From: Actinomycetota bacterium
GTDB lineage: Bacteria; Actinomycetota; Acidimicrobiia; IMCC26256; PALSA-610
Direction of reading: 5' to 3'
Length of the DNA stretch: 64,000 nt
Assembly (NCBI GenBank): GCA_005779395.1
Contig: SXJP01000028.1
Span: 1-64,000, forward strand
The translations under genes and the position numbers were made by a program. This document shows, one piece after another, positions 35,565-46,025 of this stretch. Within the stretch, counting starts at the first letter, position 1. Each line of letters starts with the position of its first letter. The notes below the pieces were generated by a model. It did not search any database, was not told the DNA's origin, and saw nothing but the letters and a program-made list of their open reading frames with translations.

Positions 35565-35927
35565 TCAGTCTTCGTCGCGATGAACTGAGTCTGGGCTAAA
35601 CGCGGGAATACATACTGCGACGTAGTCAGCGCCCTCTGGCGTGGAGAAGCGAATCCACTCTCCTTTGGGTGTGTGTATCGCTTGCCCTGCGTGAACGTCT
35701 ATCGAGCCTTCAGCACTTTCGACTCGAACGAACCCTTGCAGGACATAGGTGTACTCGTCGAAGTCGGGCGTTTGCCCGGGCTCGACCCAACCTGCCGGAG
35801 AGTGCATATGAGCGATGCTCAGGTCGCCCGTGCCTGTGTTTACACGACCGACAACCTCGTCGATCAACTTGGGTTTGTTACCAGCAGCTTCGATCCGTGT
35901 CGGCGATTCAATCAATCTCGGTGCCAT
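35565..35927 (-). CDS. Cupin-domain protein
   Basis: The two cupin motifs (G-x5-H-xH ... G-x5-P-xG-x2-H) are present in a 120-aa protein. Confidence 0.7.
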   Translation of the reverse strand: MAPRLIESPTRIEAAGNKPKLIDEVVGRVNTGTGDLSIAHMHSPAGWVEPGQTPDFDEYTYVLQGFVRVESAEGSIDVHAGQAIHTPKGEWIRFSTPEGADYVAVCIPAFSPDSVHRDED

Positions 35928-35934
35928 CTTGTCC

Positions 35935-37302
35935 TCAGGTTCCGCTCAGTGTCATGTCAGAAATTAGGAGCGTCAGCCCCGCAGTGCTGCCAGGAAGATA
36001 GGTGATGTCAGAGCCAACCTCGACGATGTCGGTGAGCATCCGTGGCAAGGTCGACGCGATCGTGACTTCTCTCACCGGGTCTGCAAACTCGCCGCCGCGC
36101 ACTAGGACTCCGGTGGCGCCTACAGAGAAATCGCCGCTGATCGGATTGGTTCCCGAGTGGATACCGCTAACCGACTGCACGTAGAACGCTTCCTGCGACA
36201 TCTCAATGATCTGTTCAGGATTCTTGTTGCCAGGCTCGAAAGACAGCGCCTTGATCCCGACGCCCGTCGTCGTCTTAAAGCCCCCACGCACCGCAGAAGC
36301 AGTCGTCTTCGAACCCGCCCTCCGTGCCGTATACGTATTGTGAAGAAATCCTTGGAGAACCCCATCTTTTACAAGCTGATTTGATCTGCATGCAACACCC
36401 TCTGAGTCATGGGGTGATGCGCCCATCATTTTCAGGTTGGTTGGATCGTCGATTATCTGCACATGCGATGCGGCAACTTGTTCGCCAACACGGTCTTGAA
36501 AGAGACAACGCCCCTTCAACATCGACTCTGCATTGAATGCACTCGACAACACGCCGAGAAACGAAGAGGTAACGAGCGGATCAAAGATCACCGCTGTACG
36601 CCGACTCGAGATCGGAGCGGCACCAAGCAACCTCACGGTACGTTCAACTGCCATCGCGACTATCGCGTCGAGATCAAGGTCGGCGAAATGGCGTCCGACC
36701 GCAAATCCATATCCGCTCATAGTCGCTTCTGCGACTCCAGCCAAAGCCACAGCGCTTGCGGAACAAATGGTTCTTCGCAATGAAGCGGTGACACCGTTAG
36801 AACTCGCTAACGCAGTCTCGACCGCTCCATCGCCATAGCTAGCAGACTCCACCGCTCGCAACCGCGGATCTGCAGCGCGCAATGTCGCATCGAGCGTTAG
36901 TGCGAACTCGACCTTGGTGTCTGTATCGACTGCCAACAGTTCTTCGCGCCATAGATCGAGTTCGACCTTCGGAGCACTCGCTACATCTGCTGCCGTCGCG
37001 AGGCCGTTGAACTCGTCTGGCTCAGCAAACTTCGCGTTGTCGCGTGCGTCTGCAACAGCGTCACGAACGAAAGACTCAGCGAGGGAACCGGCCCACGCAA
37101 ACCCCTGGCGCCCATCTCTAACTACGCGCACACCGACGCCGTCGATGCCAGCGATCGATAGCGATTCAACATTCGCGTTGAATACCTCGATATCGGTCTC
37201 GCGGGTTCGAACCGCGTAGGCCTCTATATGTTCTCCTTGCTCTGCACTAGCGACGACTCGCTCACAAAGGTCCAGCAGATCGACCTGCCCTTCATCGTTC
37301 AC
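35935..37302 (-). CDS. pmbA: TldE/PmbA-family metalloprotease component
   Basis: GVGVRVVRDGRQGFAWAGSL. The GTG start overlaps the tldD stop (GTGA). Confidence 0.75.
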   Translation of the reverse strand: MNDEGQVDLLDLCERVVASAEQGEHIEAYAVRTRETDIEVFNANVESLSIAGIDGVGVRVVRDGRQGFAWAGSLAESFVRDAVADARDNAKFAEPDEFNGLATAADVASAPKVELDLWREELLAVDTDTKVEFALTLDATLRAADPRLRAVESASYGDGAVETALASSNGVTASLRRTICSASAVALAGVAEATMSGYGFAVGRHFADLDLDAIVAMAVERTVRLLGAAPISSRRTAVIFDPLVTSSFLGVLSSAFNAESMLKGRCLFQDRVGEQVAASHVQIIDDPTNLKMMGASPHDSEGVACRSNQLVKDGVLQGFLHNTYTARRAGSKTTASAVRGGFKTTTGVGIKALSFEPGNKNPEQIIEMSQEAFYVQSVSGIHSGTNPISGDFSVGATGVLVRGGEFADPVREVTIASTLPRMLTDIVEVGSDITYLPGSTAGLTLLISDMTLSGT

Positions 37303-38696
37303 GATGCCGTACCGCCAATCGTCAGGTTCTGAACTCGCAGCGTCGGCTGACCAGATGACACGGGCACGCTCTGGCCGCTCTTTCCGCACATGCCAGACCA
37401 TGTCGCGAAGTCGTTGCCAATCGCGTCGATGTCGCACAAAGCTGCTGGACCATTTCCGATGAGTTGCGCTGGGCGGATTGGGCGCGTGATCTCACCATTC
37501 TCGATCAGGTAACCCTCGGTGACTCCGAACACAAAGTCGCCAGATGCAGTATCGACCTGCCCCCCGCCTAGTTGCACGCAGTACACACCAAACTCTGTGT
37601 TGGCGATGATGTCGTCTGGATCTGTCTCACCAGCAACCAAGAACGTGTTGGTCATGCGTACCATCGGCAACACCTGATACGTCTCGCGACGACCATTACC
37701 GCTCGACGCGCGCCCTTGTTGGCGGGCGCGCACCAGGTCCCACATGTAATCGGTCAACACACCGTTTTCGATCAGCGTGTTCGAACGCGCCGATTGGCCT
37801 TCGTCGTCGATCGCGAATGTCCCCCACTCGCGAGCGAACGCTCCATCGTCGATAAGCGTCACACCATCGGCGGCGACGCGCCGGCCAATTTTTCCTGCAA
37901 AGACTGAGGCATCGCGATGCACGAGGTCTGCTTCAAGACCGTGCCCGCACGCTTCGTGAAACAACACGCCGCCAGCACCGCGCTTGAGCACAACTGGCAC
38001 CTTGCCACTCGGCGCAGGGACAGCTTCGAGCAACGTGAGCGCTTGGCGGGCCGCTGTGCGGGCAATCACGTCAACCGCGAACTCATCGTAGAACTCGAAG
38101 CCCATAGTGCGCCCAGGCGCCTCATATCCGGTCTGCATACCCGTGTCACTCTTGGCCACGGCTTGCACATAAAAACGCGTCCGCACACGTTCGTCCGTTG
38201 CGAGAAGGCCGTCGGAGTTGGCAACAAGTATTCGACGCCGACCCTCTGCGTAGCTCGCGCTCACGGAACGAATTGCTGCCCCCTCGCTTCGAGCCGCGTC
38301 GTCCGCCACCTTCAACATCTCGATCTTCTTTGCCCTCGGAACCGACTCAGGCAAGATGACTACATCGTTTTGGTAGGCGATCGGATTAACGGCGAGTGCA
38401 ACAGATCGCGCAGTCGCGCCTCCGCCTCGCGCCGCAGCAGCTGCAGCACGAGCGGCTTCGGCCAAGCCTCGCTGCGAAAGATCTGCTGTGTGCGCAAAAC
38501 CTGTGGTGTCATCGTGAACGACGCGAACCCCGACGCCGCGTTCACGACCAGCGACCAATTCTTCGATCCGGCCCTCGTCAAGGCGAGCACTTTCGTTTCG
38601 TCGATCTTCTACGAACACTTCAGCAAAGTCGCCCCCGCCTGCGAGCGCGATATTGAGCGTGCTATGAACCAGGTCTGTTTCAAGTAGTTGCGCCAT
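37299..38696 (-). CDS. tldD: TldD-family metalloprotease
   Basis: ERGVGVRVVHDDTTGFA and HEACGHGLEAD. ATG at 38696 is preceded by GGGAGAT. Confidence 0.8.
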   Translation of the reverse strand: MAQLLETDLVHSTLNIALAGGGDFAEVFVEDRRNESARLDEGRIEELVAGRERGVGVRVVHDDTTGFAHTADLSQRGLAEAARAAAAAARGGGATARSVALAVNPIAYQNDVVILPESVPRAKKIEMLKVADDAARSEGAAIRSVSASYAEGRRRILVANSDGLLATDERVRTRFYVQAVAKSDTGMQTGYEAPGRTMGFEFYDEFAVDVIARTAARQALTLLEAVPAPSGKVPVVLKRGAGGVLFHEACGHGLEADLVHRDASVFAGKIGRRVAADGVTLIDDGAFAREWGTFAIDDEGQSARSNTLIENGVLTDYMWDLVRARQQGRASSGNGRRETYQVLPMVRMTNTFLVAGETDPDDIIANTEFGVYCVQLGGGQVDTASGDFVFGVTEGYLIENGEITRPIRPAQLIGNGPAALCDIDAIGNDFATWSGMCGKSGQSVPVSSGQPTLRVQNLTIGGTAS

Positions 38697-38738
38697 TGGT
38701 ATCTCCCTGCCTAGTGGCTGCGGCGTGCGGAGTGTTCT

Positions 38739-39146
38739 GTGCATGGCCGTACCGAGGCATACGTTAGGGCCGTGACTATCGAACTTGGACTCAGCGCAAC
38801 TGTTTCGTTGCAGGTCAGTCACGCCGACACGGCGTTGATGCTCAAGAGCGGCGACGTCGAGGTCCTAGGCACTCCACGGGTCATCGCACTTGCTGAAGAA
38901 GCGTCTTGTGCTGCGGTCGCTGCTCACATCCTCGCCGAACAAGCCACGGTCGGAAGCGAGGTTCAAATTTCGCACATCGCTCCAACTCCGGTCGGCGCCG
39001 ACGTGTCCGCGAACGCTGTTCTCGATTCAATCGAAGGCCGACGCCTGGTTTTCAAAGTCACGGTTACAGACTCTCGTGGTCTGATCGCCGCTGGCTACAT
39101 AACGAGAGTTCTCGTCGACCGAGCGCGGTTCTTAGAAAAGGTCTGA
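38739..39146 (+). CDS. Hotdog-fold thioesterase-like protein
   Basis: SGDVEVLGTPRVIALAEEAS and HIAPTPVGADV resemble the fluoroacetyl-CoA thioesterase / DUF4442 pattern. Confidence 0.5.
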   Translation: MHGRTEAYVRAVTIELGLSATVSLQVSHADTALMLKSGDVEVLGTPRVIALAEEASCAAVAAHILAEQATVGSEVQISHIAPTPVGADVSANAVLDSIEGRRLVFKVTVTDSRGLIAAGYITRVLVDRARFLEKV

Positions 39147-39153
39147 CCGTTCG

Positions 39154-40785
39154 CTAGGCGAGATTGCTGCTGCGCGGGTATGCGTCGGTCGGGTCCGTAA
39201 GAACGTTTACTACGTACGGACCCTTGTGAGCAGCTGCTCGATCTAACGCGGCGCCAATCTGATCAGAGCGTTGCACCATTTCTCCGCCGCCGCCTAGCGC
39301 CACCATGACTTCGTCATAACGCGTTCCTGGTCTGAGATCCGCTACGACGTCGTAACCGAATATCGCGGTCATCGGGTGTTTCTCTAAACCCCAAATCCCG
39401 TTGTTGCCAATGATGATCGTGCAGTTGACTTTGTGGCGCACCAACGTGTCGAAATCGCCGAGAGCGAAACCGACCGCACCATCGCCGAATAGCACTACGA
39501 GTTCTTTGTCCGGGCGTGCGCGCCCAGCCGCGAGTGCATAACCGGGACCCATACCTAGACACCCAAAGGGACCAGGGTCCAAAAATGTGCCAGGCGAATA
39601 TGAGTCAACGTACTTTCCTGCGTAGCTCACGAAATCTCCACCATCGCCGATCACAATTGCGTCACGGTCAAGCCGGCGGCGCAGCTCGCCGTAGATCCGC
39701 GTTGGTTTGATCGGGTCAGTCGACGCATTAAGGGCCGCTGCGTCGGCTGAGCGCGCAAGGTTCTCTTCGTCGCGCAATTTCGCGATCCAGTCGCGGTGGC
39801 CCGCCGCTCCGCTGGCCTGTTCCGCCAGCTCGAGAAACGTTCGCTGCAAATCAGCACCGCTCGAAGCCTCAAGTGCAGCGTGTGGACTTACTTCGCTTGG
39901 CGAGTCGCAAATATGGATGACGCGGGCATCTCCGAATTGGCCGAACCCCAATCGAAAATCGAGTGGCGTGCCAGCCACGAGTACTAGGTCTGCACCGCGA
40001 AGAGCAGTAGAACGAGTCCGCGAAAATGCCAGGTCATGGTCGGCGGCAATCGTGCCGCGACCCATTCCGTTGACGAACACCGGGACTCGCGCAACACTCG
40101 CCCAGGTAACCATCGCCTCTTCTGCATTGCCCCAGTAGACGTCGGCGCCAGCGATCAACACGGGGCGAGACGCTTCGCCAACCAGCTTCGAAATCTGCGT
40201 AATAACCGCCGGATCGGGCGCAATGCCAGCAGTCTCCATTGTTTCAACTGCGGGAATCGCGACGGCTCCCGGACCGAAGACGTCCAGCGGAATGTCCACA
40301 AATGTCGGTCCCCTGTGCGGCGAGCGCGACTCCATAAGCGAAGCGTGCAATTCTGCGACGATGGATTCAGGACCAGTAGCTGTCGCCGCTCTGCGAACGA
40401 CGGTCGCGACTATTGGCACATGGTCTAGTTCTTGCAGAGAACCAGTACCCCAGCGGCCCATAGGTGCTCGGCCGCCAAGCACGATCATCGGCGTACCGTT
40501 CATTTGTGCGGCCGCCATGGCGCTGACACCATTTGTGATTCCTGGGCCAGCAGTAAGTGCAGCGCAACCCGGACGTCTAGTTACCTTCGCCCAACCTTCC
40601 GCGGCGAACGTCGCTGTCTGTTCGTGGCGTACGTCAACTAACGGCAGATCACCCGCTACGCACCCGTCATAAAGAACGAAAAGATGTCCGCCAGACAGCG
40701 TGAACATGACATCGACATCGTGCGCCTTTAGTACCTCGACAGCCAACCTACCGCCATGGCCATCGAACAGCAACGAGTCGCTCAC
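39154..40785 (-). CDS. Thiamine-diphosphate-dependent enzyme (acetolactate synthase / benzoylformate decarboxylase family)
   Basis: GDGAVGFALGDFDTLVRHKVNCTIIIGNNGIWG ThDP-binding motif. Length 543 aa. Confidence 0.8.
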   Translation of the reverse strand: MSDSLLFDGHGGRLAVEVLKAHDVDVMFTLSGGHLFVLYDGCVAGDLPLVDVRHEQTATFAAEGWAKVTRRPGCAALTAGPGITNGVSAMAAAQMNGTPMIVLGGRAPMGRWGTGSLQELDHVPIVATVVRRAATATGPESIVAELHASLMESRSPHRGPTFVDIPLDVFGPGAVAIPAVETMETAGIAPDPAVITQISKLVGEASRPVLIAGADVYWGNAEEAMVTWASVARVPVFVNGMGRGTIAADHDLAFSRTRSTALRGADLVLVAGTPLDFRLGFGQFGDARVIHICDSPSEVSPHAALEASSGADLQRTFLELAEQASGAAGHRDWIAKLRDEENLARSADAAALNASTDPIKPTRIYGELRRRLDRDAIVIGDGGDFVSYAGKYVDSYSPGTFLDPGPFGCLGMGPGYALAAGRARPDKELVVLFGDGAVGFALGDFDTLVRHKVNCTIIIGNNGIWGLEKHPMTAIFGYDVVADLRPGTRYDEVMVALGGGGEMVQRSDQIGAALDRAAAHKGPYVVNVLTDPTDAYPRSSNLA

Positions 40786-41640
40786 TCAGGCAGCAACTTC
40801 TGCGAGGAACTTCGCCATCGCGACGTACCACTCTTCGGGATTCTCGAACTGCGGCGAATGCCCCGCAGCTTCGATCACTGCGAGCCGTGAATCGGCAACG
40901 GCATCGGCAATGGTGGCCGACGGAGCGCGGAATGGCTTGTCTAACTCACCAACTATCACGAGCACCGGGCACGCCAGACCTCGGAGTACATCGAGGTCGT
41001 CTTCTTGGAACGCAATTGCGCGGGCTAAGGCAGCCCACATGATGTGCGAGAGGTCGGTCCACTTTTTATCGACGTACTCCTGAAATCCTGGACGCTCTGC
41101 GATAAGCCGATCGAATGCAGGATTATCGAGTGGACTCCCAAGCGCGTCGAGTGCGGCCTTTAGCGCATCCTTGCCTTCGTCGATCGCGATCGTGGCGCCA
41201 AGATCAAGTAGCGATGGATCGACGCCCGGAATTGGGCCGTGACTCGTATCCATAAAAATATGAGCGGTCACCCGGCTCGGATAATCGGTCGCGATCCTGC
41301 GGGTCACCATTCCGCCGAGTGAATGGCCTAGCAACACGAACGTATCGAAGCCGAGAGCATCGGCTACTGCGATCGTGTCAAGCCTGAGCCGTTCAAGTGA
41401 ATATGAATCGAGTGAGTCAGGTTTGTCGCTCTCGCCGTGACCACGATGATCAAACGTTGCAACGCGATTCGTTTGCGCCAACGCGTCGAGGTGGTCGGCG
41501 AAATCTTCTTTCGCTCCACCAAAGCCGTGCACGAGCAGCAGGCATGGACCTTCGCCCTTGACGACTACTGCGAGCTCGACACCGTCATCTGTAGTGATTC
41601 TCATCCGAACATGATCCCCTAAATCGTTGAACAATGCCAA
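40786..41640 (-). CDS. Alpha/beta hydrolase
   Basis: LLLVHGFGG and GHSLGG nucleophile elbow. Confidence 0.75.
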   Translation of the reverse strand: MALFNDLGDHVRMRITTDDGVELAVVVKGEGPCLLLVHGFGGAKEDFADHLDALAQTNRVATFDHRGHGESDKPDSLDSYSLERLRLDTIAVADALGFDTFVLLGHSLGGMVTRRIATDYPSRVTAHIFMDTSHGPIPGVDPSLLDLGATIAIDEGKDALKAALDALGSPLDNPAFDRLIAERPGFQEYVDKKWTDLSHIMWAALARAIAFQEDDLDVLRGLACPVLVIVGELDKPFRAPSATIADAVADSRLAVIEAAGHSPQFENPEEWYVAMAKFLAEVAA

Positions 41641-41653
41641 AACTCGACCTCGC

Positions 41654-42550
41654 TCATGTTGCTGCCTGTCGCGCGTGGTTGTCGAACAGCCGCAAAACGC
41701 CCGCGTAAATTAGGAACAGCAGCGCGAACACGAACGGCATCACGATCCACGGATTGACCTGGTTAAGTTCCACGCTCGTAACCCACCACGGCCCACCCCA
41801 AGAGAGATCCCACGGGTAACTATCGAAAGTTCTCGTGACGCCGTTCGGAAGCACGATGTTCGGATTCGCGATCAGGTGAGCCCAGGTCGTCCAAGCGACC
41901 ATCCGACAAACACCATAAAAGAATGTCGCCCTGTAAAGGGCAAGTCGACCGTCCTCTGAGAGGAAGCGGCCGAAGAATCCCCAGGCTTTTGCGTCGGCAG
42001 GCACGATCCGCTGCTTCCAGTAATCACGGGTGAGGCAGCGCCACGAGCAAAGAACCACGACAAGCCAGAACGAATCCATGACAAAACCGAGGCTGCTGTA
42101 ATAGGCAGCACCGTCGTAATACTTACCGCCTTCAATCGTTGCGGCGTACGCCCAAGTTCCGACTGAGAAATTGTCGAGCGAGAAGGGAAACAACAACATC
42201 GTCCCAATACTGTCGTTGACATCCGTCAGCGCATGAGCCGCGTAACCGAGAATAAATCCGATCGCCCAATTTGGATTCCTTTTCCACATCCAGATGACCG
42301 CAGTTATTAGAAGCCCCAAAAAGGCAGTGTGCGTAAAACCCATTCCGGGCCATCCACGGTGCCGTCTGTGCGGATTCGTTGCGCCGTAATGGGTCCCGCC
42401 GATGGTGAATCCGTATACCCAGAACTTCGCAAGAAAATCCGGCATGAAATCGCCGAGATAGATGGCAAAGAAACTGACCTTGCCCTGTAGCCGTTTCGGC
42501 AGATGATTCTCGCCCGCATAGATCTCGAACTGGTGCGCCGCCCAACTCAT
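41654..42550 (-). CDS. Trp-rich polytopic membrane protein, possibly a membrane-bound metal-dependent hydrolase
   Basis: Several TM helices. No confident motif. Confidence 0.5.
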   Translation of the reverse strand: MSWAAHQFEIYAGENHLPKRLQGKVSFFAIYLGDFMPDFLAKFWVYGFTIGGTHYGATNPHRRHRGWPGMGFTHTAFLGLLITAVIWMWKRNPNWAIGFILGYAAHALTDVNDSIGTMLLFPFSLDNFSVGTWAYAATIEGGKYYDGAAYYSSLGFVMDSFWLVVVLCSWRCLTRDYWKQRIVPADAKAWGFFGRFLSEDGRLALYRATFFYGVCRMVAWTTWAHLIANPNIVLPNGVTRTFDSYPWDLSWGGPWWVTSVELNQVNPWIVMPFVFALLFLIYAGVLRLFDNHARQAAT

Positions 42551-42747
42551 CGCAAAGCCTCCGCATGGCGTCGACGATTTCGCAAATTACTGATCCGACT
42601 TCCAGCTTCGATCCAGACAACTACCCACAACGGACCGACCACCCAATTGAGAAGTCCTTTGTATGCGATACCGGCCACCACATAACTCAGCGCACCAGAC
42701 AGATATAGCAGCGCTTCGACCTTGCGGGATACGTTCCGTTGGCTCAC
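42547..42747 (-). CDS. Small membrane protein with two TM helices, ATGA-coupled to the downstream gene
   Basis: 66 aa and hydrophobic. Its stop overlaps the start of the next gene. Confidence 0.4.
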   Translation of the reverse strand: MSQRNVSRKVEALLYLSGALSYVVAGIAYKGLLNWVVGPLWVVVWIEAGSRISNLRNRRRHAEALR

Positions 42748-42757
42748 GCCGGTGAAG

Positions 42758-43414
42758 CTACCGGCTAGGCACTATGCGTGACGCGACCGCTCGAACCGCG
42801 ACACCCACCAGGATTCCAACGGCAGCACCGCCAACAATGTCAACGACAAAATGAGCACCGACGTATAGGCGACCAACCGCTACGGCAGTCGCTAATCCGA
42901 AGACTGCAATGCGTTCCCAGGATGAAACCCGAGTACCCCAAACGGTCGCGATTGCGAACGCAAAAGTTGCGTGACCAGAAGGAAAAGAAAAACTGTCGGC
43001 TACTTCGCGGACGTTGATTCCTTGCTCGATGGTTGGCCTTGGAGTAGAGAACGCCTGCTTCGAGAGGTCCGACACGATGCGTGCTATTACGCCTGCGGCA
43101 AACAATTCAACAACGATTACAAAGGACGAGAAGCGCAGGTATGCGAACGGAATGACCGCAACGAGGCCGACCAGGCTGCCGAAAATCATCACGGCTTCCG
43201 CGACTGGCGAGAGAAAGTCGGGCGCGCCAGATGCTGCTTCGACCAACGTCCTATCGATACTCGCTAGCCAGTCGTTCATCGCGGCTAGTGCAGTTCCGCT
43301 GGCGATACCGACCGCGCCGAGGACAGCTGTACGAACTTTAGGAATTATCACCATCCGCAGGCTACGGGAACTGATACTCGCCAGGAGACGCTCAAGCCCT
43401 ACCGAAAAACTCAA
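42758..43414 (-). CDS. PAP2 (phosphatidic acid phosphatase type 2) family protein
   Basis: PSGHATFAFAIATVWG motif. Confidence 0.75.
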   Translation of the reverse strand: MSFSVGLERLLASISSRSLRMVIIPKVRTAVLGAVGIASGTALAAMNDWLASIDRTLVEAASGAPDFLSPVAEAVMIFGSLVGLVAVIPFAYLRFSSFVIVVELFAAGVIARIVSDLSKQAFSTPRPTIEQGINVREVADSFSFPSGHATFAFAIATVWGTRVSSWERIAVFGLATAVAVGRLYVGAHFVVDIVGGAAVGILVGVAVRAVASRIVPSR

Positions 43415-43440
43415 GGCTCAACTCTTAGACTCGCTCGGAG

Positions 43441-44418
43441 ATGGCCAAACCTGAGACAAAGCGCCGTTTGGCTTTCGCGATGCGTCTCGTCTTGTCCTGC
43501 GGTCTGCTTGCAGTTCTGATCGCGAAAGTTCCGGACCTCGACGGTCTAGTCCCTAACACGCACCGGGGACGGGCCATTCTGTTCCTGGTTGTGGCGCTCG
43601 CTCTAGCCGTCGTCGGTGTCGGCCTATCCGCTTGGCGATGGCAGCGCGTATTTATCGCCCTCGGGGTCGAAGTGCAACTACGCGCCTTGATCAGCATCTA
43701 CCTAGCGAGTTCCTTCGTGGGCAACGTGTTGCCATCGACGATCGGCGGCGATGTCCTGCGTGTCTCACGCGTTGGTAGCCGCGTCGGCTCGACTCAGGTT
43801 GCTTTCGCGTCTGTCGCACTAGAGCGACTTAGCGGCTTCATCGCGCTGCCGATACTCGTCTTTATCGGCTTTGCGTTGCGACCATCGTTGCTAGACGTTG
43901 ACCACGCCATACTTGGGCTACTCGTCGGGGTAATCGCACTGGCCGTACTAGCCCTCATCATTTTCCTAGCTGGCCATCCCAGGCTCGCTGGCCGATTCAC
44001 CGACAACGAAAACTGGACGCGGTTTCTCGGCGCAGCACACACAGGTGTTATCGAATTTCGCAGAGCCCCGCTGCGCACTTTCGAGGTTCTCCTTACCGCC
44101 ATGATCTACCAAGCGTCAGTCATCGCCTGCGTAGTGTTAATAAGCGCCGCTATGGACCTTGACCTCCCGATCGCTGCACTCGTCGCCTTCGTTCCAGCGG
44201 TTGCCATGGTCCAAGTACTGCCTCTCTCGATTTCGGGCCTTGGTGTTCGCGAAGGATTGCTCGTGTATTTCCTGACGCCACTCGGAATTACGCGCGGACA
44301 TAGCATCAGCCTTGGGCTGTTGTGGTACGCGTCGATGTTGCTAACTAGCGCACTCGGAGCACCAAGCTTCCTCGCTGGCCACCGCAGCACAGCATTCAAA
44401 TCGAGCCCAGCAGCATGA
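43441..44418 (+). CDS. Flippase-like TM-domain protein (lysylphosphatidylglycerol synthase TM region, UPF0104)
   Basis: FVGNVLPSTIGGDVLRVSRVGS motif and eight TM helices. No synthase domain. Confidence 0.7.
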   Translation: MAKPETKRRLAFAMRLVLSCGLLAVLIAKVPDLDGLVPNTHRGRAILFLVVALALAVVGVGLSAWRWQRVFIALGVEVQLRALISIYLASSFVGNVLPSTIGGDVLRVSRVGSRVGSTQVAFASVALERLSGFIALPILVFIGFALRPSLLDVDHAILGLLVGVIALAVLALIIFLAGHPRLAGRFTDNENWTRFLGAAHTGVIEFRRAPLRTFEVLLTAMIYQASVIACVVLISAAMDLDLPIAALVAFVPAVAMVQVLPLSISGLGVREGLLVYFLTPLGITRGHSISLGLLWYASMLLTSALGAPSFLAGHRSTAFKSSPAA

Positions 44419-45254
44419 CCCAGGTCGAGCCTCGCTTTCGCGACCTGCCAGCAGTGCACCATCTTCGCAGTGGTCATGCCATCTATTGGTGGGCCGAAGC
44501 GCTCTTTGTCGGCATCTTCTACTCGATCTATTCAACGATCAGAAACTCAAATACAGCTTCACCAGGCACGGCATTCGCACATGCGAAGCAACTCATGAGT
44601 CTGCAGCGGTTTCTGCACATCAACGTTGAAGAGTCAATCCAAAACGTGGCACTTCACTTGAGACCGCTCATCATCGGTAGCAACTACTTCTACGGTTCGA
44701 TGCACTTCATCGTCACTATCGGTGTCGCAATCTTCTTGTTCCGAAAGTTTCCGGACGACTATCCGCGCTATCGCAACATGCTCGCAGTCGCTACTGCTCT
44801 CGCCCTGATCGGATTTTCTACTTTCGCACTCATGCCGCCGAGATTGCTCGACTGCTACGTGAGCGAACTTGCAACGGCAGAGTGTTTCGTCGATGGCAGC
44901 GAACCACGAGTTCAACGGTACGGATTTGTCGACACGCTCGCGCGTGACCCAGCGATTTGGAGTTTCAATTCCGGAGCGATGAGCAAGCTCTCGAACCCAT
45001 ACGCCGCTATGCCGAGCGTCCACTGCGCCTGGGCCCTCTGGTGCGCGGTGGCTCTACGAAAGCGGGTTCGCAATACGTGGGCGAAGGTCTTGGCTGTTAG
45101 CTATCCGATGGTCACCGTTGCAGTGATTGTTGTAACTGCTAACCATTACCTGCTCGATGCGGTTGCAGGGTTCGCAGTTCTCGGTATCGGATTCTTGCTC
45201 GCGCAGCGTTTCACGCGCGCTGGCCGAACAGTGGCTGCATTGTCGTCGTTATGA
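44415..45254 (+). CDS. PAP2-like membrane protein (PAP2_C / AUR1-like)
   Basis: SVHCAWALW and TANHYLLDAVAG motifs. ATGA-coupled to the upstream gene. Confidence 0.6.
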   Translation: MTQVEPRFRDLPAVHHLRSGHAIYWWAEALFVGIFYSIYSTIRNSNTASPGTAFAHAKQLMSLQRFLHINVEESIQNVALHLRPLIIGSNYFYGSMHFIVTIGVAIFLFRKFPDDYPRYRNMLAVATALALIGFSTFALMPPRLLDCYVSELATAECFVDGSEPRVQRYGFVDTLARDPAIWSFNSGAMSKLSNPYAAMPSVHCAWALWCAVALRKRVRNTWAKVLAVSYPMVTVAVIVVTANHYLLDAVAGFAVLGIGFLLAQRFTRAGRTVAALSSL

Positions 45255-46021
45255 GCAACGATGCCTATGACCTCGACCACATCGCGCTAGCTGCAGCCGA
45301 TACCTCTGATCTACTGCGTTTTCTTACCGGTGTTTGTGGCGGAACGATTCTCTGGGGCGGTGCAAGCATCGGCTTCAGGCCGATGCAGGTGCACATTGGC
45401 AACGCCGAAAGTGGCATGAAGATCGAGCTGCTCGAACCGTGGGAAACCGAGCGCAACGACTTCCTACAGCGCTTCGTGCAACGGCACATTCACGGTCCGC
45501 ACCACATGACTTTCAAGGTTCCAGACATCCGCGCTGCAATCGAGCGATTCCGGGAGTCAGGATTCTCGCCAGTGAACATCGACCTTCGGGATCCATATTG
45601 GATGGAATGTTTTCTGATGCCGCGCGAAGCACACGGGACTGTCGTACAACTCGCGCAAACAAATGAGACCTCAGCCTTCGTAGATCGCAAAGAGTTACTC
45701 GCCCATCTCGCCGTGCATGGGCCGAACGGCAATCCTCGCTGGTGGGTAGATGCAGACCCACCCGTCGACGAGCCGTTGGTTCTGCAAAATGTTGTCATGG
45801 CGACTCCGAGCGTGTCGGCTGCTCTCGGGTTTTTTGCGGGACTTCTGGGTGGAGCGGTCGTCGGAGAGTCAGCAGACCGGATCGACCTGCAATGGCCAGG
45901 TGGTGCCGCATTATCCCTCGAGCAGAACACCGACGTTGCTCCCGGGGTAGACCGACTCGAAATCGAAGGCCTAACCGAGGCGCAGACGGTGCTCGGAACG
46001 CGGTTCGTTCCGGCTGACTAG
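45251..46021 (+). CDS. VOC-family protein (two glyoxalase-like modules)
   Basis: HIALAAAD and HHMTFKVPDIRAAIERF. Confidence 0.55.
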   Translation: MSNDAYDLDHIALAAADTSDLLRFLTGVCGGTILWGGASIGFRPMQVHIGNAESGMKIELLEPWETERNDFLQRFVQRHIHGPHHMTFKVPDIRAAIERFRESGFSPVNIDLRDPYWMECFLMPREAHGTVVQLAQTNETSAFVDRKELLAHLAVHGPNGNPRWWVDADPPVDEPLVLQNVVMATPSVSAALGFFAGLLGGAVVGESADRIDLQWPGGAALSLEQNTDVAPGVDRLEIEGLTEAQTVLGTRFVPAD

Positions 46022-46025
46022 CAGC

